This document shows positions 38,177-48,207 of a stretch of DNA of 64,000 nt, in pieces. Each line of letters begins with the position of its first letter. Positions within the stretch are counted from its first letter, which is position 1. The notes under the pieces were generated by a model. That model worked only from the letters and a program-made list of their open reading frames with translations, was not told the DNA's origin and searched no databases. The stretch comes from Aplysia californica (taxonomy: Eukaryota): positions 66,763-130,762 of the forward strand of contig NW_004797613.1 of the NCBI RefSeq assembly GCF_000002075.1, read 5' to 3'. Both the position numbers and the translations under genes were made by a program.

Positions 38177-38600
38177 ACTTACTAAAACAGTTGCTTATTG
38201 AAAATGTACCTAAGTCCCCTTATCTTCCCTGATTTGATGAAAATGCCCTTCTATGTTGAAACACGAATTCATCTAGATTAACTGGCTTGAGTAAATTTGA
38301 GTATTTTGTAATTTAGCAAGCTTAAAGATAACAATTTATTTGTCTATACAAAATGACCGCCATCACTGTCAAAATGTTAGTGAATCTGGAAAGATAAAAA
38401 TATATTTTGAGCCGCTTGGACTGCAATCAAACAAAATATAAACAAATACCGGTTCGATTGCCAAAGGGAAGTAACTAGAATAAATAGGCCTAGATTTCTT
38501 TCTAGATCAAGTTCCTCAGTTCCTCAGAAGGAAACGACGAACTTGATGGAAAAACTACCAAACGACAAAAATTATGTTGACAAGGTGCAGCTTTGGGTAA
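38177..38600. promoter_or_regulatory. Probable bidirectional promoter with non-coding first exons of C5orf22 (-) and PIGM (+)
   Basis: Both first coding exons are preceded by splice acceptors (33594-33595 on -, 48190-48191 on +), so upstream UTR exons must exist. Unique sequence here has a minus-strand donor GTAAGT (38182-38177) and plus-strand candidate donors at 38585 and 38597; it is flanked by TCTAGA-rich tracts. Confidence 0.5.
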
Positions 38601-38656
38601 AATTTTCCGTGCTTTTTCGCTTCTAGATCTAGATTCTATGTACACGGTAACCGGGC

Positions 38657-38976
38657 GGTGATCTTATACTTTAGCACGTTAAATTCCCAAAGTCTACTAG
38701 ATTCTAGATCTAGATCTATATATCTAGATTAGATATCTAATCCCCGACTCAGACTCAGACCTTCAAAACTTTGAACTGGGTCTAAAAATGTGCAAACTAC
38801 CATAATTTTGTCATGAACAGATCGTACAACAGTGGTTTTCAGTCTTCCATCGTGATTTTGGAAGCCATTGAGTATTTAATCTTGATGACATAGAATTTTG
38901 ATCCAGATCTGATAGTGGTCGCTCGTTTCTGAAGTCTTCAGTTGAAGAATTTAACGTGCTAAAGTATAAGATCACC
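38657..38976. mobile_element. MITE with Merlin-like ends (320 bp)
   Basis: Perfect 30-bp TIR GGTGATCTTATACTTTAGCACGTTAAATTC; perfect 8-bp TSD AACCGGGC. Confidence 0.85.
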
Positions 38977-39136
38977 AACCGGGCACCTAGCCTTTGTGTC
39001 TATGTGCACGGTAACCGGCAACCGGGCACGTAGTCTCAGTGTCATGTACACAGTAACCGGGCATGTAGCCTCAGATATCTACGTAACCGGCAACCAGGCA
39101 TGTAGTCTCAGTGCCACCCAAGGAGTTTACTGGTGC

Positions 39137-40140
39137 CACCAGAGACTATATAATTAAATAGGCCGTCGTTATTCGGACTCGAGTCAGAATAACATTTTTT
39201 CATATTCGGACTCGAGTCCGAATAAAAAAAATTCTTATTCGGACTCGAGTCCGAATATGAAAAAATTTTATTCGGACTCGGGTCCGGAAAAAAAGGAAGT
39301 GTCTTCGTTCTATAGTTCTAACGTTCAGTGCTTCCAATTTTCCGCCATTTTTTAGTCCCCCCCCCTTCCCCCCACACACACACACTTTTTCTGCCGATNN
39401 NNNNNNNNNNNNNNNNNNNNNNNNNNNNNNNNNNNNNNNNNNNNNNNNNNNNNNNNNNNNNNNNNNNNNNNNNNNNNNNNNNNNNNNNNNNNNNNNNNNN
39501 NNNNNNNNNNNNNNNNNNNNNNNNNNNNNNNNNNNNNNNNNNNNNNNNNNNNNNNNNNNNNNNNNNNNNNNNNNNNNNNNNNNNNNNNNNNNNNNNNNNN
39601 NNNNNNNNNNNNNNNNNNNNNNNNNNNNNNNNNNNNNNNNNNNNNNNNNNNNNNNNNNNNNNNNNNNNNNNNNNNNNNNNNNNNNNNNNNNNNNNNNNNN
39701 NNNNNNNNNNNNNNNNNNNNNNNNNNNNNNNNNNNNNNNNNNNNNNNNNNNNNNNNNNNNNNNNNNNNNNNNNNNNNNNNNNNNNNNNNNNNNNNNNNNN
39801 NNNNNNNNNNNNNNNNNNNNNNNNNNNNNNNNNNNNNNNNNNNNNNNNNNNNNNNNNNNNNNNNNNNNNNNNNNNNNNNNNNNNNNNNNNNNNNNNNNNN
39901 NNNNNNNNNNNNNNNNNNNNNNNNNNNNNNNNNNNNNNNNNNNNNNNNNNNNNNNNNNNNNNNNNNNNNNNNNNNNNNNNNNNNNNNNNNNNNNNNNNNN
40001 NNNNNNNNNNNNNNNNNNNNNNNNNNNAGGAAGTTGGAAGTGATGTCATGCTGAACAAGAATCAGAGTCCGAATAACATTTTTTCATATTCGGACTCGAG
40101 TCCGAATAATCACTTCGAATTAAATAAATACTCTGTGGTG
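39137..40140. repeat. Element with arrays of the palindrome ATTCGGACTCGAGTCCGAAT at both ends, spanning an assembly gap
   Basis: Four copies at 39168-39290 and two at 40060-40110; loosely inverted termini CACCAGAGA / ACTCTGTGGTG. Confidence 0.65.
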
Positions 40141-40254
40141 TCACGCACACGGTAACCGGGCTGTTCAGAACTCCAAGTTCAGTTTTTGTCATCCGGTTTT
40201 GCCTTCACCCCCACTCCTCCCCCGACTGTACTTTTAAAAAGAAAACTTTTGCGT

Positions 40255-40490
40255 ATTTCTCAGAATTTGGTCTTCCACTCCTCTTCCCTTCCTGAAAGCA
40301 GCCTGCATTTCTGAGAACCAGCTGTTCTGCTTGGCCATGTCGTACAGTCGGTCTGATACCATTCTCTCCATTTAACTTTGATAACACAGGATGTGAGGCT
40401 TATCGGTCGAAACGACGTTAGTTCTGATGCTGGTTTGGCGGTCTTGAGGAGGGGGGCAATGATGGCGTCTATCTAGACTTGTGGGACATC
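40255..40490 (-). mobile_element. Internal reverse-transcriptase fragment of an I-group LINE
   Basis: Minus-strand translation AIIAPLLK.AKPASELTSFRPISLTSCVIK/MERMVSDRL...QAAFRKGRGVEDQI. Confidence 0.8.
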
Positions 40491-42297
40491 TGCTGAGGGA
40501 GAAATGATAAAGTTAAAAATTAACAACAAAAATGTTAGAAGAGGAAAACCTTGCCAACTGCTATGGTACATATAGGTCACCACTTGGCGAATGAGGGACA
40601 CAGTGAGTTCGCATTGTCATCCATTATGGACTGGGCTACAGACAGAACTTAAATAGTTTATAATTTTAATTACAGTGATGGCTCATCTCACACGATTTGT
40701 GTGTGAGTGGTGGGGGAGCTTATAAGTTATGAGGGATCACATGCTTGGAACCTCACCAGCAGCTGAAAAATTATCGTTACCAATAGGTCAAAATGGATAA
40801 ATGAATGATTCATTCACTGGTGGGACTAACAATAACAACAGGACTATGACGGCTCATCCACTGCGTCAAGAACCAATACATAATTTATGACAAAGCGTCG
40901 GGCCTTGAGAGGTTTACGTGGCCATCTTAGACAGAAATCTTTTGTTTTTGGTTGACAAAATGGTGTCCACAGCTGCATTGGACAGGTGACTGTTTTACGC
41001 AGTGAATTTATAAAATAGCATAAAATGCAAGGCAGGGACCTAGAAAGTGGCCGTCGTGGCATGTTTGACTTTTGTATTTTAAATTAGCATCAAATTTTGT
41101 GTTCCCCCGTACTCTATACTTTCAGCTTTAAGTGCCAAGACTTCATACTCCCTTTCATGTCAACCGACTGTAACAACCATATTGACAAGAAAGCCATGCC
41201 ATTTTACATTATTTTAAAATTATAACTACACTACGATAGCTTTGAATGCTTTGAATTTGTAGTAAATTTGACTGTAAGACTGATGAAAGATTTTAAATCT
41301 GGGATTATAGAAAAATGTATGAATCGCTGTTAAATATTTAATTTTGAAATGACTGAAATTGCTTTGTTGGGTGCTGTAATTTTTAAAAAATAAACATCTC
41401 AAATGGGGTATGAATTGTTGATTTAACCCTTTCACTGCAGTATAATCGTACCGATATTTCACCACTGTATATCTCATACACCGGTACAACCGGGGAGGAG
41501 GGGGGGGGNNNNNNNNNNNNNNNNNNNNNNNNNNNNNNNNNNNNNNNNNNNNNNNNNNNNNNNNNNNNNNNNNNNNNNNNNNNNNNNNNNNNNNNNNNNN
41601 NNNNNNNNAATGGCTGAAATGGCAGGGGTATATAAGGGAATTAAGGGAGCATGAGGTGCCAAATTCGATGATCGTCGAAAAACCAAGTTGCATTTCGTTT
41701 AACAATTCGCCGTCTGACTTTTAAAATGTTCAGCTCCCATAACTCATTATTATATATATATAACTCATTATTATTATATATATATATATTTATATATATA
41801 TATAAATTTATAGCTGTAGACCGATATTTTAACCCTTTCAGTGCGATTTCCAACAGTCGTCCATATACGGGTGCAAGGCCAAATTCGACGATCGTGGAAA
41901 ATCAAATTGCGTTACGTAGCTCGTGTGGCTTTTAAAACTAGATCTATCAGCTGAAGGACTACATTAATTTTTCAGTCATTATTCGAAATCGGGGGAAAAA
42001 AATCTGTTCTGTCATGTCTTTTTGTACAGTAGCGAAAAATTGTGGGGGTTTTCTGATTTAGTGCATGGTACTCCTGGGGTTTGCTAAGAATGTTAGGGTT
42101 GGCACTAAAGGTTAAAGATCATCGTCACCTCCATCTTTCTCTTTCTTCATTTGTCACCCTTCTTGGGTTGTTTTGTTGGTTATTCTTCTTGTTTTTTTGT
42201 TGTTGTAGTTGTTTTTTGTGTTGTTGTTTGTTTGTTGTTGTTTTTTGGGGGGGCTGGTTTTTTTTGTTGATATTTCAGCTTTTACTAAGTTTTGAAT

Positions 42298-42382
42298 CCC
42301 CCCCAAATGAACCCACCTTTTCGTGGTGGGGGGGTTTAGTACTCTTCGAATAGGAAAAGAAAAAGAGGAAGCTAACGGGTCA
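42298..42382 (+). ncRNA. HDV-like self-cleaving ribozyme fold (L1Tc/ingi Pr77-type hallmark) at the 5' end of an Ingi-like LINE
   Basis: P1 C7 (42298-42304) / G7 (42328-42334); P3 ACC/GGT closing the 7-nt loop TTTTCGT; P4 CTCTT/AAGAG with an AGTA/GAA internal motif; J4/2 GCTAA (C42372); P2 TGA(A)CCC/GGGTCA. Confidence 0.72.
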
Positions 42383-44775
42383 AGGGATGACCCCGAAAAG
42401 AGACATATTACTTTACTATCATGTATCTTTCTCTTGCTATTTATTGTTTTTATTGTTTTACTTTATTACATTTATTAACTTTTCTTTTCTCCTCTCTCCA
42501 TCGACAACCTTTTTTTCACCTGGAGTTGGGACGGGTATTGGTGGGGTGGAAAGCAGAGGCTCATTGTCAGCACTGTACTGGAGGTGACTTTACGTAGGGA
42601 ATACCCAGCTACATACATGTATTAATCATGCACTTATCGGAGAGCCCTATGACTGCGGAGAAGGTGCAGAGACCATTTACGTCTTGCTTCTTGACAACAT
42701 TAACCCTCTGGGATCTGCCATGCCTTCCACTGCCCCCATCTCTCCGATGAGAGGACTCAAGATTGCTCTGGGAGGGGGGTAAATCTAGCTTCCAATTGGT
42801 ATTATTATTACTATTAGTATTATTATTATTATATTACAATTTCTGTACTTCAGCAACACACAGCAACTATTCTCCTAATAGCGTCTTTCTCTTCTTTATC
42901 TCCTCAAACAACTTCTCAATATAATACAACAGACACCAACATACCCATTCATTTTTCTTACAATCTCTCTGTGATGGAGTTGGGTTTTTGTTTGTGGTAT
43001 TGCACTGCCACTGCTTTATCTCCTACCCCGGGATGGAAGGAAAATCACAGAACCACCAGTTTTTTATGCTATTCACGAATGATAGAATCCCATACGAGCT
43101 GAGACGCCGCCTCAGTAATCAAGGTCTCCCCCTGGTCTTACTGGGCAACCAAGCTGGCCTGGTGGATGGTTATTGGAAGAAAAAGAAAATCAGAAAGCAG
43201 AGAAAATGGAAAAACAAGAAGAAAACACCCCCTGCAACTGGCAACGGAAAAGAGAAGCTTATAGACTTCAATATTCTTCTGGCAAATGTCTGTGGCTTGG
43301 ACAAGAAGAAAACACAATTGGGGAAAGTTTTGTATGAAAAGAAAGTCCACATTGCTCTATTACAGGAAACTCTCCATTTATACTGTGACATAAACATCAC
43401 TGGGTATACCCCTTATCCATGTAAATGTGAAGGTTGCCAAGGGATTATGACCTATATCAGAAATGACATCCAGGGTGAAGTAGAGCTCCTTAATTGGCAC
43501 CCCACAGACACTTATGAAGTCACCCTGTGGTATGGCAACAGCAAGCTCATACTTTATAACATCTATTGTCCCCCAAGTAACACTCTGAACTTCATGGAAC
43601 AGAGCACTATCTTTAAGAAGACGGTCATAGCTGGTGACCTTAACGGACACTCCCCCCTTTGGGGCTATGCTGACCAAAACAACACAGGTAAGAGGATTGA
43701 AAAACTATGTCAGTCCTCTAACCTCATCCTTCTTCAAGATGAAGATTCAATCAAAACACTTCTTCATAAGAGACATGGGACCCTCCACAGACCAGATCTC
43801 ACCCTGGTCTCTGCTGATTTACACAACTGCTGCAGTGAAGAGGTGCTAGATTGTATATCTAGTGACCTTCGTCCCGTTCTCACCAAAATCAGTATACTGA
43901 AACACAGACAAAGGAAAAGAAGAATCGGTTGGAACTTCAAAAAGGCAAACTGGGATCTCTTCAGAAAAACAGCTGAGGACACCGTTAAACTGGATGATCT
44001 AGACAATAAATGTATAGACGCCCTTAATAGTGAACTCACCTCCACCATTTTAGATGCTGCAAAGAAGAGTATCCCACAGGGGTTCAGAACCAACAATAAA
44101 CCCTTTTGGAATGAGTGCTCCAAATGCCAGACATGAATATGAGAAAGATCTAAAAAATATGGACAAGAAAATTAGATACAAAAAGGCCGTAGCACAGGCT
44201 AAACTTGTCACCAAGGAATCTAAGAAGGAAGCCTGGACTCAGAAGTGTGAGGGACTCAATTTACGTCAAGGTGGACGTGAAGCTTGGTCACTTCTAAATA
44301 ACCTCACTGGCGAAAAAAGGAAAGAAAACCCCAAACCACTACACACAGAAACCGAAGTTCTCACCAGCGAGTTCAAAAAAGCCGAACACTTCAATAAACA
44401 TTTTGCCTCCGTTAGCAAAAGCAGCAAAAGGAATGATCTGGACAGAGGTCTACTGAGTGTTCTGAAAGGAAAAAAGAGAGATTTGATGACACCGAGTATA
44501 TTCCAGGACTTCTTAACTAAGCGAGAGTTGGACTGTGCAATCAAGAAACTGAAGAAGCGAAAAAGTCCAGGTCCTGATAAAGTACACAATGAGATGCTAC
44601 AAAACCTTGGTGAAAAAGCCAAATTGCTACTTCTTAAGCTCTACAACAGAACATGGACTGAGGGAAATCTGCCTAAAGCATGGAAACTAGCCACTATAAA
44701 CCCAATCTTAAAGAAAGGAAAGAAGGCAAATGACCCTAAAAACTACCGCCCAATATCACTCACGTCCTGTATTGG

Positions 44776-45105
44776 TTAGGCTCTCGGACTCGCAACCGTA
44801 AGGTCATGGGTTCGAATCCCGTCAGGGGCCCGACGTTGTGTCCTTGGGAAAGGCACTTTGCACAAATTTTCCTCACTTCACCCAGGTGGAAATGGGAACC
44901 CAGCTATAGACAGAGAAAGATCTTGTCAGTTTGATAGTGTTTGAGCGCGTGAAATCCGCAGCTTGCACTGTATGCTTCCGCGGAAGCTGAGAATGTTTCG
45001 GAGTGTTCTATGGTCTGCTGGGGTAATAATATAGTGTAAAGCGCATAGAGCCTGCTGTTGAGCGGGAATATGCACTATACAAATGCTGTTTATTATTATT
45101 ATTAT
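44776..45105 (+). mobile_element. SINE family C inserted into the Ingi-like RT
   Basis: TSD TATTGG at 44770-44775 and 45106-45111; the LINE reading frame continues on the far side. Confidence 0.88.
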
Positions 45106-45140
45106 TATTGGCAAGTTCTGCGAAAGAATCCTCAATTCTC

Positions 45141-46236
45141 TTTTACAAAGGTTTAAAAACCTAATGATTTCATTCTGAAATTCCTAGAAGCAGTGCTCCA
45201 CATTCCCTCCTTTGGACTCGACACCTTTTTAACGCGTCGTTCGAAATGTTCTGTGGTGCCCTTACACATGGACCTGTTAAACCACGAGTCTTTAAAGCCA
45301 CATACACTGTACATGTTCACTAAGAAGTGGCTTCTAGAGACAATAGAGTGGGGTGCCCAATAGACAGCATTTTTGGAGTTACCATATCCCCCAGGGTGAA
45401 AATGGGCTTTGCACTAAACCAAATGTCATCAAGGAAATGATCCCTCTTTACAAGACAATCGAGGAATCATGAACTCATTGTCATGCTCTAATCCATATCA
45501 TCTCGGCCTAGCGAAGACGAACATGGTATAGCCGTAGGTTAAGATCTACCATGAGAATGCAGACTGTTGATGTGTAGGAAAGTCCTAGCTGCAGATCGTC
45601 TTCGAAATGTCTCATGGGACTCAGCACTCTGGTGACGTTTTTTTTTAAAAAGGGCTGTGCATGGTGCGTGTTCGACCTGAAGTGGTCATTTTTTTAAAAA
45701 GATTTTTAGTTCTGATTCGTTATAGATCCAAACTGACGGAACCACTCTACTCATGATGCCAAAGGTCTTGAGGGCTCCTAAGCATTCTCTCCATGCCGTG
45801 CGTAGAACTTACGAAATGTCAGGGATTGTGAGTTTGTGGAGAGGTAATGATCAATACAAAAAGCTATCGGCTCTTTACTAAATGTAGCCATGATCTCAGT
45901 TGGCAAACAAAATTTTGGAAAAATAATATCTGCTGACTTCTGTTGACTTGTTAGACTGCTGTAGCTTGCAATTTGGCGCGATTGTTGTTTAAGTTTTAGT
46001 GATAGGCCTAATATGAACTGGTGCGTCATGCTATGAAAATGGCGACAAGGTTGAAAATGGGTTGTTTTTTTTAATATGGGATATAGAGCAAAACCATTCA
46101 AAGGACTTATCTAAAATACATATCAGAAAAATTCCTTTTGGCTTTCAAACGTTATGTTCAAATCTGAAAAGCAAAACTTCAGTATGGAGGGAGATATTTA
46201 CAAAACAAGTTGTGAAGTTTTTTTTTGATCACCCTG
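45141..46236 (-). mobile_element. Degenerate Tc1/mariner DNA transposon, 5' half
   Basis: TA|CAGGGTGATC terminus at 46236; MATFSKEPIAFCIDHYLST.S...RKF N-terminus and frameshifted IWFS..HF.LGGYGNSKN..YW segment resembling the first catalytic Asp region. Confidence 0.65.
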
Positions 46237-46663
46237 TATATAGACAATTGGATGGAAAGAGCGAATTCTACAACACAAAAACAAAGCGAGATGTGTTGTT
46301 TTTCTTACACACTTCGTACGAGACCTGATGCGTCGATTCGGAACGCTTGTGTCAGTTCTATACACGTTGTTAACATTGTTTATAGCTTCTTCTACCCGAG
46401 TCTTGTCTATGGACAATTCCATTTCTTCATTTGTCTTTCTATTGATATATTATATAGTTTGATGAGAAGCGCAAGCTTTGTTACCGATGTGCGAGACAAA
46501 GCCAACTTGTAGAATCTGAGCATTTGTTCAGCCTTAGTTCTTTCTAGTTATTTACATCATTACGTCTTGTTCTCATGAAGGTTTTGTTAGTAGATGAATT
46601 TATCTCACCGTTTCTCTTTCTACCAGTCTCTTACAATAAGCGAACAATTATCAAAAGATTGTG

Positions 46664-47185
46664 GGGGGGCTCTGGTGGCATAGAGGTTAAGGTGTTCGCC
46701 TCTCATTCAAAGGTTCTGGGTTCGAATCCGGGTTGCGACCGAAAAATGTTCTTCTCTAACATTGTCTTCTTTCACCTCCTTTCCTGCTCTCTAGCAATAC
46801 TCTGCCGTCTGCTTTCATCTCCACTTTCTGCCCCCACCCCCTCGCCTCCTTTGCGCCCTCCTCTAGGCTCCTTACTCTTTCTGAGGTCTTTCTACTGCTA
46901 CTCCTTGTCTCCTTCTTATTTCTCTTTTTCAGCCACACCCTTGATTTTCTGGTAGGAAAGATCTACACCAAGTCTTCTCAGACAAGGGCGAGAAATCTTG
47001 GAGGTCCCGTGTGCAAGTTGCGCACGTTAAAGATCCCTTGGTGGATCGATAAGAGTAGGCTTCGGCCACCACCCGCGCAAAATTCAAAATTTCCTACCAA
47101 CTGAAAATGTTTAACGTGTCCCGCGCACTCATATGACCTTATGCAGTTGCGAGCGCCATAAAACACTTACACAAAAAATGTTTTG
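46664..47185 (+). mobile_element. SINE family A, full length
   Basis: A box TGGCATAGAGGTTAAGG, B box GGTTCGAATCC; TSD AAAAGATTGTG at 46653-46663 and 47186-47196. Confidence 0.92.
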
Positions 47186-48207
47186 AAAAGATTGTGACCT
47201 GTGATGTCCTGCACAGGATAGACCAATTTTCTTCAGTGTATGTGGTACATACAGTTAGCAGTCAAGGGGTTAAAAAACATGGTTCAAAACTCCACATTCT
47301 TATAGAATAAGTTAAATAAAATGAGACAAAACCAAACCATAATAGTAAAACTCCAGGAGTAGACTAGTCTCTATAACTACAAAAAAAAGACACGAAAGAA
47401 ATTTCTTTTTATGTCTCTGTGAACGCTTCTTTCGAAATGAACAATGTATTACTGTTGATTTTTTATCTATGCACATTGTATGTCATACTAATATTTATCT
47501 TTTTATAACTTTAAATATGTCAGCTTTAATTTTCTCTTCATATTAAAACTTTAAAGTTCATTTCTAGTGTTTTTACCTTTCCTGCTCAAAGACAAGAAAG
47601 TATTTTGTTATCCTATCTTCATTTCACTCTCACATAGAGCAAAGCAGCTGTGTGGGCAGTGGCCTGGTGCAAGCTTCCATGTCTGCTGTCTCTTGAGAGA
47701 AAGATTAGCAACTTGGGTGTGCCACCTCTTGGCTGTCAGCCTCAGATAGGCCTACTTCTCTTATCACACCATATATATGCAGCTTTTTGCCTTGAACGCT
47801 GCCGATGTGAAGCCCTAACACAGCCAACCGCTATATGATATGAAGAATCCAAAAAGATGAGGCAAAGGAAATGATGGAATTTAGAGAACAATAAGAAGAT
47901 TCTTGAACTGAGCTTTCAATATGTGCCTAACCAGTACACTGCAAATGCCGATCCTGTTTTTAACTTAGATAAACCTATTTTAACATTTATTTTGTAGTCC
48001 ACCTCTTGCCTAGTTTTTCAAGTTAGAAGAAAGTCTTTAGGGTCCTTATTTCAACTTTACTGTTCGCAAGATTGTGTCAATTTTGTCTAATGGCGCAATG
48101 AACAGAAAATTTGACATCCTTTAATCTCTTGTTTGAAGAACAATTAATGTAGCCTACAAGGTTTAGATCTAATGATTCTATGTTTCCACAGGTTGCAAAG
48201 AAGAAAG

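Larger units (their letters stand above)
42298..45140 (+). mobile_element. Ingi/I-group non-LTR retrotransposon, 5'-intact, 3'-deleted, frameshifted (APE endonuclease plus start of RT)
   Basis: ORFs 42988-44136 and 44054-44779: LQET, NIYCPP, AGDLNGHSPLWG, PDLT, WNFKKANW, KSPGPD, NYRPISLTSCIG; the frame resumes IGKFCERILNS after the inserted SINE (45107-45139). Confidence 0.9.

Noticed and set aside
39168-39290. CRISPR-like array of palindromic repeats
   Set aside because: Linkers are only 5-9-nt A/T runs rather than unique spacers, there are no cas genes, and the context is eukaryotic.
40255-40495. Candidate upstream exon of C5orf22 with a good acceptor
   Set aside because: It translates as a LINE RT fragment (FRPISLTSC).
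42400-43260. 2A-like (D.E.NPGP) peptide, as carried by L1Tc, ahead of the endonuclease
   Set aside because: I could not find an NPGP motif in the region preceding the APE domain.
44770-45140. Apparent LINE-SINE chimera ending the Ingi ORF at SLTSCIG*
   Set aside because: The LINE frame resumes (IGKFCERILNS) after the SINE and a TATTGG TSD flanks it, so it is an ordinary nested insertion.
46316-46500. Hammerhead ribozyme core (CTGATG...GAA)
   Set aside because: CTGATGA and GAAA cores are not both intact and the required stems are missing.
46664-46740. tRNA genes (also 19280-19349, 49900-49971, 53645-53720, 63685-63755)
   Set aside because: A/B boxes are present, but acceptor stems are imperfect and each continues into a repeated SINE body, with TSDs in some copies.
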